A stretch of 40,176 nucleotides of DNA. Source: Octopus bimaculoides (taxonomy: Eukaryota). The stretch lies in NCBI RefSeq assembly GCF_001194135.2, contig NC_068982.1:168021681-168061856 (forward strand). Direction: 5' to 3'. Below the pieces are notes generated by a model, which saw nothing but the letters and a program-made list of their open reading frames with translations, was not told the DNA's origin and did not search any database. The position numbers and the translations under genes were made by a program. Shown here one piece after another: positions 11,101 through 24,350 of this stretch. Each line of letters starts with the position of its first letter. Position 1 is the stretch's first letter.

Positions 11101-12719
11101 ATCAACAAACATCCTTGAATATTGAATGAATTAAATATACGCCAACTTAAAAGGTAGTTGCGGCTGGTGGTGGTTAAACATTGCTTGTATTAAAGAAATT
11201 AAATTTTATCTAATTTGTTTTCATCGTTTTATCCGATGAAGAAATGAAATACAAGTTCAATGGAACAATCATTTCGATTTGCACAAGGTTATTTACTCAA
11301 TGAATTTTATTTCTTTTTTTATAAAACTATAATATCAAAAGTATTTCAATATATTTGATAAGTAATAAAGAAGAAAAATAACAAACATCGTGATGTAATT
11401 CAAATTCTTTTTCAAGTAGAGTGGAATGGCTATGCAATATTTTCCTCTTCTAGTTTATAAAGCAGTTATAAAACCTCGCCTTTTTCTCGTTTCAGGAACT
11501 ATGAAGCTTCATTTTTCCAAAATGTGTATTCCAAGTTTTAGTAAAAACCACTCATCCTCATATGAAAAGTAAAACAAAGCTAATTTATTAAACATGTCCT
11601 CGATTTGCTAATTACCACTGAACTCTGTAGATAGGATCTTCAACATTTTGACCTTCCATAACTATCTGCTTCTCTCCTTTTCTCCCACCCTGTGACATCT
11701 CTTTCGATTTCTCCTTATCTTTCTCATTATTTTCTCCTTCTGTCTTTTGTCTCGTTATAGGACTCGCCATCATTTCCTTATTCCATCTCCTATACTAAGC
11801 TTAAACCTTAATTTCTATCACTCTCTAACGTGTCACTCTTAGATATTCTCTCTCTTTGACGATTTTACTACTCTCCTGCTGTGTCTCTTAATTCAAGTTG
11901 CCCCTTCCTTTTATACCATTCTCTGTAGTTTGCTACCCATTCCATTATTGTACCATCTTCCTTATTCTATCTTATTCTTTCGCTTTATCTCATGTTAAGA
12001 TACATTCTTGTATTTGCTGTCGATTTTGCTTATGATATACGTTTTTCAAACGTCCACTTTCTCTTCCTTTCTCTCTTTATCATTTGAAATTTAGAATTAA
12101 ACACTACAAAAACCATTTCCATGTTCTCTGCTGTTTTAAATCTTTAATCTTTTGTTTGTTTGTTTGTTTGTGTGTGTGAGTGAGTGTATGTGTATGTCTG
12201 TGTGTGTGTGTACGTGTACGTGCGTGTGTGTGTGTGTGTGTGTGAGTGAGTGTGTATGTGATAGGGCTTTATAGATATCAAGATGAACACAATGCGCTAA
12301 TTAAAGCCACTAATTAGGAACTAGATCAAACCCAAATATGTTTGACGCATATTACTCAATGATGATCGTGTGTTATGTTAGAGTGAATAAACAAGTATAC
12401 TGACACCTCAATAAGAAAACACCTAATTTTCTTCAGGGCAAGGATGAAACTGGTTGAATTAATCTGCGTACATGACTGGCAAGTTCATTATCGAGATACA
12501 AAAGAGTGGCTTGTATAAAATGTCTTCAATAATAAACACCAAATAGAGAAGAGCTGAATTTAGGTTATTGTCCCAATACCAAGTAGATAGCACGCCGAGT
12601 ACATCGCATCAACAATTTCAGATTGCCATGAGTCCATTTAGTAAATCCTTGAGTATTTTCAGCTTCGTAGTGTTTTAACAAGCTGAATGCTACTTAGACA
12701 TAAATGACCATTGATTGGC

Positions 12720-12924
12720 ACTTGACAATTACGTTTGATACTGTACATTAAAATAATTAATTCTATGTTGGAATTCACAGTATCACGCACATATAGTTGT
12801 GATGCATGTGCCTAGTGTAATCTTATCAGACGGGTAATCATAATAGGTATATTGGGCTTCGTATGTTTGTACCTAGGTGTCACTTTGATGGCATGCTCTG
12901 CTCTCTCAACAACGATAATAATAA
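12720..12924 (+). mobile_element. Probable 3' end of a non-LTR element ending in a short (AAT)n tail
   Basis: Ends ...gtcactttgatggcatgctctgctctctcaacaacgataataataac. I recall this as a common octopus repeat terminus; not verified. Confidence 0.5.
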
Positions 12925-13139
12925 CGGTTTCAAATTCTTTGCACAAAGCAAGTGATACCAGAGGATTTGGCTAGTCGATTACAGCGACCCCTATGATCAA
13001 CCGGTACCTACTTTTTCGACTCCGAAAAGATAAAATGCAAAATTGACTTCGGCGGAATTCGAACTCAGAACGTAAAGACGGACGAAATGCTGCTAAGCAT
13101 TTTACCCGGCGTTCTAACAATTCTGGAGCTCACTGCCTT
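12925..13139 (-). mobile_element. tRNA-derived SINE
   Basis: Reverse complement: aaggcagtgagctccagaattgttagaacgccggg..gttctgagttcgaattccgccgaagtc; tail ttgtgcaaagaatttgaaacc. Confidence 0.88.
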
Positions 13140-13817
13140 TACGGCACATTAAGGATGTTTATATAGATAACAAAGATGATAGAGGACGGCATGGAATCCA
13201 AGCTCTGTTTTCCACTCAAACCTAAGTCAATAGAATTAATATCGAATTGATAGATGCTTCTGGTTATGAAATATAAATAATGACATAATTCCTGCATTTT
13301 AGTTTCACATGTTTGGGAAATGTATAAGAGTAAATAAGATAAATATGAGTGTGTACATTATCTTGACTAGATGTAACTCAAAATAATTCGACACAGTAGC
13401 ATATTTACACAAATACATATACAGAAACAATCAGCCGAAGTCACACGCAACTTAAAGTAAGAAATATGCATACAAACGCACACACAGACACACGTGTGAG
13501 TACGTGCTTAAGATAGACTCTCGTCAAATAACAGAGCAATCTTTACATGGGTTCTTGAAAGATGGGCTCAACGTGTTGCATTTACAGAATCAAGCGTTAA
13601 CAGAGGTTTCTAGTGTTGAAATAGAATAGGTGAAGTGAATAAACATAACCACGCACGATGTTCAGTTTACTCAGAAATGTATTGGAGCAATGCTCGATAA
13701 ACGAGAAAAAGGAAATCATATACTTGGCCGCATTCTTTCCTTTTCCTTCATCGTATTCTTTCCTTTCCATGGAAGATACATATTTACTGAAGCTGCGCAA
13801 GAAAATTGCTCGAGCAG

Positions 13818-13818
<1 letters not shown>

Positions 13819-13859
<41 letters not shown>

Positions 13860-13900
13860 CCCCACTCCCACACGCACGCACACACACACACGCGCATACA
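13819..13900. repeat. (CA)n and CA-rich low complexity
   Basis: Direct reading. Confidence 0.9.
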
Positions 13901-14916
13901 CACTACACGCATATGTATATATAAATATACACAGTCATACAGACGTATGCACATTTACACATGCACGCGCAACACTACACACACTACTTTTATAAATACA
14001 CATATATATGTATGTATGGGCATGTGTGTGAGTGTGCATGGGTATATGTGCATGTATGTTCGTTCGTGTATATGCACACACAGATGCTTATTTCACATAT
14101 TTCACCTGACGTATCCCGAAAATGTTGGTCACCAACTTAACTAGAGAGAGAGAGTGTAGTAAAATGATAGTTCATGAATGCCTGGTTGGTGCATTAAAAA
14201 GGCAAAAAAGCTGTAAAAGTATATTGTAAGCCACAACGAATATTAGTTCTCTATTGAATGGTATAGGAGACAATTTAGATCACACACACACACAAACACA
14301 CACACACACACACACGCACACACAACTATATATATGTACGTATAAATATTGACTAATTTAGACAGTTAATCAAGAATGTTTTTTTCATATTTTTACAACC
14401 TAAATCATTATATTGAAAATTTCATCTCAAGTGCAATTTAACTGATATAAGCGTACATTGACGTAAACGAGAAATAGACGACTAAAAAGTAAATGTTTGT
14501 TCATACGACACTGTTACCTCGTCAAATAATGATGTTATATAATGCTGTGTGTTCGATCTAAAATGCTATGTTACATTTACGCATATCACTAAATATGCTC
14601 GTAGCCCACACACCGTTCCCGTCTTGATGACTTTTCAATATATTTGCTTTAAACTACAGTAATTTCGCCATCAGAAGAGAATATATCCTCTACCTTTCAA
14701 AGAGACGGAGAGAGAAAGAGAGACAGAGTAGGAGGGAGGTGAGAGATATGGTAGAGAGAATAGTAAGAGAAGGAGCAATTTGAAATATTTTGCAAGACAT
14801 GTTAAGTCCCATGAGCGAACATATGGTAGGTATACATCAATCTGAAGATTGTATCCTAATATAATTTACCAATAGCAAGAAAAAATATCCATTCCGTTCC
14901 AATATATATACTTGAC

Positions 14917-15149
14917 AAGGCGGTGAACTGGCAGAATCTTTCGAATGCCAGGCGAAATGCTTAGTGGTATTTCGTCTTCTGTTACGTTCTGAGTTCAAAT
15001 TCTGCCGAGGTCGACTTTGCCTTTCATCTTTTCGGGGTCGATTAAATAAGTGCCAGTTACGCACAGGGGTCGATGTAATCGGCTTAATCTCTTTGTCTGT
15101 CCTTGTTTGTCCCCTCTATGTTTATCCCCCTGTGGGCAATAAAGAAATA
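14917..15149 (+). mobile_element. Full-length SINE monomer (...GGCAATAAAGAAATAA tail) with 16-bp TSD
   Basis: aatatatatacttgac (14901-14916) vs aatatatacactcgac (15150-15165), 2 mismatches. Confidence 0.92.
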
Positions 15150-15765
15150 AATATATACACTCGACAGATGTTTAATTCAGTACTAGATTCTAAGGGAAAA
15201 AAAATGAATCAGATTTATAGAGTATCCGTTTACTACAAAGGGTACCTAGTTGTTCCTAGTTTTTGGCCCCTTTTTAGAGCCTGTTGAACTGGATTATCAG
15301 AAAGTCGAATGCTAGGCTTACAGACAGCAGAAGGAGAACAGTGCCAGTGATGTGAAAGAAACTAATGACGTACTACTCCTTTGGCAATTTCGATATCCAA
15401 CTTTTCTGAGCAACACTATCTTTCTCTTATTATATAAGATTTCTTTTACTTTTGTAAATAGACCTTCAGCTTAGATACCATTATTTGTAATTCATTTAAG
15501 AACAATTTTACTGAACATTCTCCTTTACACGCACACAGAAGCACACACATTCGTGTAGTACATACATATATATCCACTCGGCTCTTCGTGATTTTTGCAT
15601 TTGCATTAGCATTTTGTTCCCTTTATGCAGTAAGAATATTCCAGGAATTTTATTAACATGCTACTTAACTCAGTATCTGTTTGGAAAAATATCCATTAGC
15701 ATTGGAAGTATGTATGTATGCATATAACATTTGGAAACGGGGAAGAAGTAGATGAGAAAAGGAAT

Positions 15766-15935
15766 AGAAAGAAGAAGGAGGAGGAGGAGGAGGAGGAGGA
15801 GGAGGAGAAGAAGAAGAAGAAGAAGAAGAAGAAGAAGAAGAAGAAGAAGAAGAAGAAGAAGAAGGTGATGATGGTGGTGGTGATGATGATGACGAGCATG
15901 ATGATGATGCCGAAAAGGAGGAAGGAGAGGAGACG
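15766..15935. repeat. Compound (GAG)n(AAG)n(GAT/GGT)n trinucleotide repeat
   Basis: Direct reading; 15766-15865 contains purines only. Confidence 0.97.
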
Positions 15936-16939
15936 GAACGACCTATATACCTATAAGATAAACAGAATAAAACACACAACCTCATAGCATTCTGGAGAGA
16001 TTAAAAATGTTATGTAACCAAAAACCTATTGCTTTTTACATACATACTCTACCAATATATANNNNNNNNNNNNNNNNNNNNNNNNNNNNNNNNNNNNNNN
16101 NNNNNNNNNNNNNNNNNNNNNNNNNNNNNNNNNNNNNNNNNNNNNNNNNNNNNNNNNNNNNNNNNNNNNNNNNNNNNNNNNNNNNNNNNNNNNNATATAT
16201 ATATATATACACTTTCCACAGACACACAAACACACAAATATACTACATTGCTCTTCAATGTATTTCAATAAATTGTTAGTCAACAGTGCATATAGAGACA
16301 GATTTAAACATCTTGTATTTATCTTAATACAGAACCTCTCTGGATGGAATAATGAGTTTATAGCATTATTGCTGCAAACAGTTAAATATGTTACTCACTC
16401 ACTGTTGAACTTGCGATTGAGAAATGAATGTAATCCAGCTAAATTAAATACGACGGTCAGTTGTTAACAGTGTTCCATATAATTCTTTATTCGATGTGTA
16501 TGAGTTCAACTTATACAGTGTTTCCTAAAATCTTGGATGTATCCTATGGTGTATTGTAGCAGCAAAATAAACACGGGAAAATATATTAATCAGCACAAGA
16601 GAGCTGAAAGAGAAATAAAAGATGGGGGCTAAATTCGAAATTGTTTGCAGCGTAAATCATACAGAAAAGCTTAATTAACGAAAGGTGAAAAAATATGACA
16701 GAATGAGGAGATAATCTCCTCGACTTTAATCATCCATCTTCTAAACATGTATAAAACGTACCAAATATTGTGCAAGATTCACAAAGACTTTGTTGGTTCG
16801 AACGAGCCTCCTTCATTTGAACTATACTCCAACATCTACAGATCCTAAGGAATCACTTTTGTGTTCTTGTGTTGACTGCTCAGAAAATGGATGACATCAT
16901 TTATTAATAAAAGATTCAAGACTCACTTCAGTTATCAAA

Positions 16940-17245
16940 GACCATGGAATTGCCTCTAGAAATTTCCCCTCTGAGGCACAAGTCTGGGCAAGGTTGCTTG
17001 TGGAAGACAAGCAGTCATCAATACATACCAGCGTCCCCTCTCCATGTCACCGATGTTATCCAAGAGAAAGGCAAAGGCCGATGCAGCCACGCGCCTGTGA
17101 CGTCGCAACTCATTTCTACAGCTGAGTGAACTGGAGCAACGTAAAATAAAGTGTCTTGTTCAAGAACATAACACACAGCCCGGTCCGTGGATCGAAATAG
17201 CTACCTCCTGTTTGAGAGCCCGATGCTCTAAACACTGTGCCATCA
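16940..17245 (-). mobile_element. CORE-like SINE (second type), tRNA head at right
   Basis: Reverse complement has atggcacagtgtttagagcatcgggctctc..ttcgatcc head, then gtgtgttatgttcttgaacaagacactttattttacgttgctccagttcactcagctgtagaaatgagttgcg. Confidence 0.8.
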
Positions 17246-19199
17246 TTTATTAAAATGCAAAATTTATGTGCTTCAGGTAGAAGGCAATTCTAAAATAGTT
17301 TTTAAAATGCTTCCAAGTTTAGTGACACAGTTTATTTTCAAGGATCCACCAAAACGATTATATTTAACTTTTATTTATCTTTATTTCTTACTCCCTTCTT
17401 TTACTTCTTATTTTTCTTATTTTCATTGTTCTCTTCTACATAAGCAATATCATAAACTTTTTCTAGTTTGGTTTTCGCCAATGGGGACGTTTAAATTGAT
17501 TAAACAATTACCAAGTTTTTATTTAATGATTTTTGTTTTCAAGTGCTTATTTTTTAAGGTTGAACTTTTCACGATTTCTCTGATGTTCGAAGGTTTTGAA
17601 ACTGTATTTATTGATAATTTTAATTTTGTAACTTAAAATTTAACAATGTTTATTTTCTTGTATTTCTACATTGATATGTGACGATAAAATAGAAACAATT
17701 ATAAAAAGGAGAAAGAGCGGTTGGTTAGACATTTGTTGTATTTCTGATGAAAAGCTGTCTGTTTGGTACTAGACGTGAACATGCAAAACAGAGTTAACCA
17801 AGCATGAGAGTATCATAAAGCTGGCTGTTCACTACTAAAAACTATGGTGCAAGTTTCCTGATACTTTTAATAGTCATAGAAAAAGTTAGTGTCGATCATA
17901 ATGAAAGACAATTGAACTGAAATAACATATATAATGGAATAAGGAAGATGTTTGGGATAGAAACTAAACCTTTAGGACAACCGGTTTAAAGATGACTTCG
18001 ATGATATGAAAGATGAGTTCTGAAGATGAGTTCTGAAGACTAGTCTTATAACGTTACAAAGCTTTATTGTATGCAATTTTAAAGTAAGATAATGGATTCC
18101 TGCATTAAGTCGCAGTTTGTGAGAAGGTTCAAGAGTATTGAGAGATCCTGTCAGATATTTTGCAGAACCAAATTCACCAACTACACTGTGAAATGACTTT
18201 AAATATCTGGATTGGGATGGGCTGTGATTTCAAGAGGAACTAGCTCAAATCTACTGGTAGCGTTAATATCACTTTTAAGAAATAGGATGGAAAGTTACAA
18301 AGCCACTCATGATTTCTTTTAATTTGTGGGAGGCTAGGATAATTTTCAGTATACAAACAAAATGGTTGAGAAGCCATACAATAAAGGAAGAAATCTAATG
18401 TAATAAATGCACCAGGCACTACAGCAATTAAAATTTATCATGCGAATAAAATGCATGCTTTCTATAGAATTGATTAACGGTGTATAAAAAAAAACTACCC
18501 TCATAAAACAGAATGTATTATACCCAATTGGAAACTAACAGTAATAATATACTCTAAAAGCACTAAAATTGCAACCTTTCTTTTCAGTAACAAGCCATTA
18601 GATTGCACGCGCGCGAACATTCTAGAAATAACCAATGGGCTTTGGAAATTTGATTGCAAATAAAAAAACCTTCCAAATTTTTCTTCCTTAACCGTTCCAC
18701 TGGTCATGCAATTGTAAAACTTTTATCCCGATTCATTATGCACATACAATAAGGAGCAATTGCAGTGCAATACAGCACACATCATAAAGCAAAACTTCAT
18801 CGAAAAACATAGGCAAACAATACGTCCATGTCTTTTCCAATTTTCCACACTAGTACTTCACAGTATTAAAATAGATTCATAGTTAAAATATAATAGTCAC
18901 ACACACATATATAACACTCACTGAGCGCTGAAGGAAAAGGGCTAAAAAGCAAAAACACGAATACAGTTATTGTGTCAACGCTAACGTCAAATATCATCGT
19001 CGTATAAATAGTAACATCAACAACTTCATCCAAAAGGAAAACATATGCAGGAAAGTTTATTGGTTTAAGACGTTCTATTGAAGTCAAAATTGTAAGATAC
19101 GTGGCTTGAACAACTGGTATCCGGACTGTTGTTATATTAACGAAGCTAAAGCACGGAGAGTAAAGCCGCTTGGCACAGATTGACCTTGAATTCTACTGT

Positions 19200-19620
19200 A
19201 CATGTGTACTATGTTTTAACGATCTAGGGCACTTTTACTGTTTACAGCAGTGCTTGGAAGGAAGTTGTGTAGTGTGTGATCGTAGCGTGTCAGAAAGTTT
19301 ACCAGAGAATCAGCATCAAATTTTGCCAAACGTTTGGTTATACTTAGATGCCTAGGCAAAGTTTTCGAAAAGTTTTCATCGTTCTCAATACAATAAAGGA
19401 ATTCTTGTGCAATTGAAACCCGAGTGTCTTTTTGGTCAGCTGAAAGCAATTTTATTTCCAAGCTCGAATGATCCCTAACGATATCCTATAAATATCAATA
19501 ATTTCTTTAGCTACCCATATAATTTCAGCATATCTTTAGCCGCCACACAGAAAACTGTCTCTACCATTCCTTTCTTTGTATCACCATCTTATAGATGATT
19601 GCGTTCTCTCTATCATTATC
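19200..19620 (-). mobile_element. Decayed mariner transposase fragment with internal deletion
   Basis: Minus-strand peptides IRW*YKERNGRDS, EIIDIYRISLGII, KLLSADQKDTRVSIAQEFLYCIENDENF and HTLHNFLPSTAVNSKSALDR resemble mariner RWxxxFxxGRESL, EIAxxLGIS, WVPxxLxxDQKxxRVxxxxE and HxEFLPxGxTVNS. The GDETW region is absent. Confidence 0.65.
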
Positions 19621-19884
19621 GTTTATCGTGTCTTTTTTTCTTATTCCAATATTTCTTTTTTCAGCCTAGAACTTCTTCGCCTACCCAGTTAAACAATCGA
19701 TTGACATATTCGTTTATGTACTAGAAAAGGCATCATTACACCACAACTACTTTACAATTTCACAGTTCCTCCCACAAGGCGAACCTCAAATTGTAGTATT
19801 TAAAACAAAAGTATTTTACTGTCCGACAAAAGTGAAGGCTACAAAACCACAACTTCGAAGTTCATGTTAAACGTTTTCATTTAA

Positions 19885-19888
<4 letters not shown>

Positions 19889-19937
<49 letters not shown>

Positions 19938-19980
19938 ATACACAGACAGACAGACACACACACAAATACACACACAAACA
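19889..19980. repeat. (CA)n microsatellite
   Basis: Direct reading. Confidence 0.93.
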
Positions 19981-21288
19981 CATATATGGAGAGGAAAAGG
20001 CGTCTGACTCTGTTGAGGGAGAGAGCAAGAGAAAATCATATTGGTATCTTATAGTTCAAACCTTTTAACACACAATTGGTCCGAATTTGTGCCGATTACT
20101 GAAGTTATATTTAAGTAAAATTGAAAATTACATTACTCTGAAACAGAAATCCGGTCGTCGATAACATTTACGATGGCGCTCAATACTACAGCCTTTAATT
20201 ATGCAAATATCAAATAAGGGGGATAATTGATTTTAGATATTACTTGGATAATTGATTTTACACATTATGTGGTTTAATGTGTCATTTTTAGTATCTTCTT
20301 CATTAACCTCAGCATCCTTATCCGTTCATCCTACATAAAATTGTCCAGATTTTGTCTAGACTTTCAAATAATAGACATAGAAGCTATCCCGGGAAAATTC
20401 ATGCATTTTAGGCATCATTAATACAGTCATAATTTAGAGATACAATTATTCCTAGCAAATATATATATAGCGAGTGAAATATAGTTATATCAGAATAACA
20501 CTAGTTTGGAAAATGCTTATATAGTCACAACATTAACAAACAGTTTCTTTCCGTATGAGAACATTGTAGAACTATTACATTATCAGGGTTATAGTTACTC
20601 TTATTTTTTTTAATTATGATTTGAGAACTGCATTAAAAGTTGTCATTCTTGAAATAGGAACTATGTACAACTTGGAAGTGTTTAAGTTTAAGTTTAAGAA
20701 AAATGTCCATAGTTGATAAAAGTTTTCGAGATTAACAAAAACGCTTAAGATAACGAGAATGTCTTAATGGAAACCATAAATCAAGGTTTAACAAAGATGT
20801 GCAGGGTTAACAAGAATATTATGTTTTGACAAATTCGTTTTATGCTGGTTAATGAAAAATTTCTAAGTTAATAAACGTCGTGAGAAAATGGAGAGAATTC
20901 TGTAATAACGTTTACAGATCCTGTTGCTATTTTCTCATAGATATTTCGTCAATGTTCATACAGAAATGTTTGTGTCACAAAATCTGGGCCAAATTGCAAA
21001 CTATATAATAAATATAGTCTTTAACTACCATAAAGGCTTTAATTGAACTGCAATGCCGGTGTAATTTTTAAGCTAAAGCGATCGCCACAGTACAACATCA
21101 TGATAATTTATTATTGCCATGGGACAATATATACGATTTGTATATTTCTGTTATAAAGCATAATGTCAAGCCTCCAATGGAATATTTGGTGGTGTATAGT
21201 ATGTTTACATGGTCACTTTTTAAGACAGTTGGACGTTCATATATATGCCAGAGGTGTTTATCATCAAACGGCTAAAATTTAGTTGATA

Positions 21289-21291
<3 letters not shown>

Positions 21292-21340
<49 letters not shown>
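21292..21340. repeat. (TA)n microsatellite
   Basis: Direct reading. Confidence 0.97.
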
Positions 21341-21342
<2 letters not shown>

Positions 21343-22540
21343 CGAGTGAATTACTCTCATAATATCATTCATGCCTTCTTCCAATTGTTACTTGAAATAA
21401 CTGGAAACCATCACAATTTTTTCAGTTAGGAATAGATAATTTTACTCTTTTCCGTCTGCTGTATATACTTTTTGGTTCAGGAAAACCTCCTCTCTTGCAA
21501 TATACTAAGAGAACTATTCGTTCTAATTTTCTCATAAATTCTTCATGGGTAGGTCTGATCTAGTAGGTGGGCTAAATGGGTCCCATATATAATGTTAATG
21601 CTTTTACTTGGCAAACTGTGTGCAAGTACCTTAGCCCTAGTTTTATATCGGTTACTGTTCCTACTTCTTTGAGCTATCGTTTACAATGTCTTATACATTG
21701 TCTTTCTTTCCTTTGTATAGGGTCATTCTCCACTCTTCTACATATGATCAATGTGCTCTCCTTTTATTCCCACACATCCTCGAGGTCTTTTCTCGATATG
21801 TTGTTTCGAGTAGATATGTTTACTTTGAAACATAAGAAAACAACAGTAAGGAATGTATGCAAAGATGAAACATTGAGGTTTGCTACACAACGTGATAGAC
21901 TTCAAATTCTTGAGATATCATTTGATAGGGAAACGACCCAAACTCATACATATGCACAGGATTCAGAAATTTTACGATCTCTCATTACTCTGATAACAAA
22001 TGGCAACAACTACAAAAACAACGAAGACGATGATGATGATGATGATGATAGGGGTGAAGATGATATTGATAATGACGATAATCGTGATTATGTTTTGATG
22101 ATGGTGATGATGCTTGTGTGTTGGTGTGATAGTGGAGCTCATGTCGATGTTGGCGGCAGTAGTGGTGGTGATGATGATGGTGATGATGGGAAGAAGGATG
22201 ACGTGAACAACACACCGAGAACGCTTTAAAATAACTCGCAGCTTGTGAAGCAGTTTATTTCTTTTATTTTCGTCATATTCAGTTTTTTTCCTTTCAATTT
22301 GGAGCGAGAAATTTCACGAAACAGGAAGACGACCTACGCATAATAGCAATGTCGTGTATTTCCAGATTTTAGCGGTTATATAGAGAATTAAATGAACAAT
22401 TCAAGTGCAATACACACTGTATTTGTCACTAAAAGAGTATTGTAACTGGTTGCGGGGATGACGTGGAAGCCTGCAGACCGAAAGCACGAAGGTTACTGTT
22501 TTGTATTCTGGTGCTTACCATCTCACTGGCAATACAGACA

Positions 22541-22722
22541 CGAGGGGTTGCTGAAAAGTTCCTGTCTTTCGGTAAAAGAAAGGATCAGTTAATTGTGATT
22601 TTATTCAACATATTCCTTTCTTAGATTCACACAATTATTGCAGTGGTCCTTCAGTTTTCCTAAGCCTCCAACCAGACCTTAAACGATACCCTTAAAGTCA
22701 GAAACTTTTCAGCACCCCCTCG
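22541..22722. mobile_element. Tc1/mariner-type MITE (182 bp) with ~29-bp TIRs
   Basis: Left cgaggggttgctgaaaagttcctgtcttt vs reverse complement of right end cgagggggtgctgaaaagtttctgacttt; flanked by CA (mutated TA?) and TA; no coding capacity. Confidence 0.85.
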
Positions 22723-23835
22723 TAGAATTAAAGACAAGTCCACCTTGATCATTTTTATGACTTGGTAATATCTTTGTGTTAAGGATAATATAAAATAAGC
22801 ACTAAAATATATTAAATTATTTTGAATCTGGTTTAACAAAAAAATTATTTTCTTTAAATGTGTTCCAAAAAATATAAATATAACTAAACGTTTTGTATAA
22901 AATATGAATTCATGGGATTCTGCGGATATCATAGTATGCTCTTCATACAGACTCCGTTACCTGTCCACGTAGTGTAATGTAAAGTGTCCATGTGAATTAA
23001 AATCCAGAAAATCCGAGCGATAAATTATTCTGTGAGGAGTATATAAGGAATAAGTTTAGGAGGTCAGACAGGTGAAAATAAATTTACTGAACCAAGTGAT
23101 TTTAACCCCGTGATTTAATCAGTAAAATTTAAACAACAGAACAAAAATATACTTGGTGCTTTTCATTATTAAAAAAAATCATCATACCAGCTGATTTGTC
23201 CTCACATCAGTCTCCCGACCTGTGTAACTGCATTGGTAAATATTTTTATGTTATTTCCTTATATTTTTATGCAATTTTATTTTTTACTTATTCTTTTGGT
23301 GCTTCTTGTTATTTTGCTTAAATTAAGGATGGTAAATTCCTTCAGTTTCTCTCAGGCACTTTAATGTAATTGATGTAAGGGCGTTTACATGCGAAAGAAA
23401 TTTTTTCTTTAATGAATAGCATCACAGTATGTCTACAGTTTGTTGTTTACCTTCTACTAACCAAATCAATATAATTTTGTCTAATTCTGGCCCTCCGTAC
23501 ACATTAAATTTAAAGAGACAATTTTGTGTGTATATTTAGAGTTGAAGTGTTGATGTAGCCATGATGTTATGGTGATTTAATGAGTTTGTTTTCTGTATTT
23601 ACATTAATTCGTGAACATACGCTTATATTGTATACTGCATACCTATTAATATAAACATATACGCATAATTTCTTCCAAACTAATGTTAATACTACATACA
23701 GAAGTTTATGAGCCGGGTGTAATACTGTAGAAGTCACGTGATTAAATAAATCTGTATTCAATTTTCATATCTCCAAGATTAATGGATGCTTTACATACGC
23801 ACACACACATATAGATAGATACGTATGTATGTATT

Positions 23836-23838
<3 letters not shown>

Positions 23839-23882
<44 letters not shown>
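23839..23882. repeat. (TA)n microsatellite
   Basis: Direct reading. Confidence 0.96.
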
Positions 23883-23884
<2 letters not shown>

Positions 23885-24184
23885 CTTTTAAATTTGCCTT
23901 TACGTATTTTCTATAGAAATTAGAGCCAGCACTGTAAATTACAAAGTTATATACGTCTATATAAACAATGCGATCGAAGACAGAAAAGCAGTTAATGTGT
24001 GCATAAGTATATTTCGGGAGTTATTGCTTCTTCTTCAGCGTTACATCGAATCCATTAAACATCCATGAAAACATTGCTTAAATAGCCACTAAATTTAGCA
24101 GTGTAACAATTTAATAAACCAATTGTACATATTAAACACATTCTCAGCAACTGGTACGTACATATAAATTGCTGGTAAGGACAC

Positions 24185-24350
24185 CACCAAGTTACAGGAC
24201 GTAAACGCACCAACACCGCTTGTCAAGCGGTGATAGGGGAAAATACCCACCCACGCGCGCACACACACACACATCCACTCACAAGGCTTTGGTCGCCCGA
24301 GGTTATAGTGGAAGACACTTACCAAGGTGAGACTGAACTCACGACCTTTA
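24185..24350 (-). mobile_element. Decayed fragment of a third SINE type with internal (CA)n
   Basis: caccgcttgtcaagcggtgatagggg..(ca)n..atccactcacaaggctttggtcgcccgaggttatagtggaagacacttaccaagg; the right end is a CORE-like ccttggtaagtgtctt on the minus strand. Recalled as a common octopus SINE; not verified. Confidence 0.65.

Noticed and set aside
15665-15987. Poly-Glu/Lys/Ser/Phe/Pro ORFs
   Set aside because: Translations of trinucleotide microsatellites.
16007-16283. ORFs spanning N runs (also 6289-6663, 36556-36988 in part, 38873-39460)
   Set aside because: Length is inflated by assembly gaps translated as X.
18866-19095. ORF 18866-19087 and a donor-like att|gtaaga near 19090
   Set aside because: No recognisable domain; the plus frame has an internal stop.
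21576-22229. Longest ORF in the window (217 aa, + strand)
   Set aside because: The C-terminal third is (GAT/GGT)n read-through. The first ~130 aa have no recognisable motif or clear splice signals, and one ORF of this length is plausible by chance in six frames of 40 kb. RNA-seq or BLAST would be needed to revisit it.
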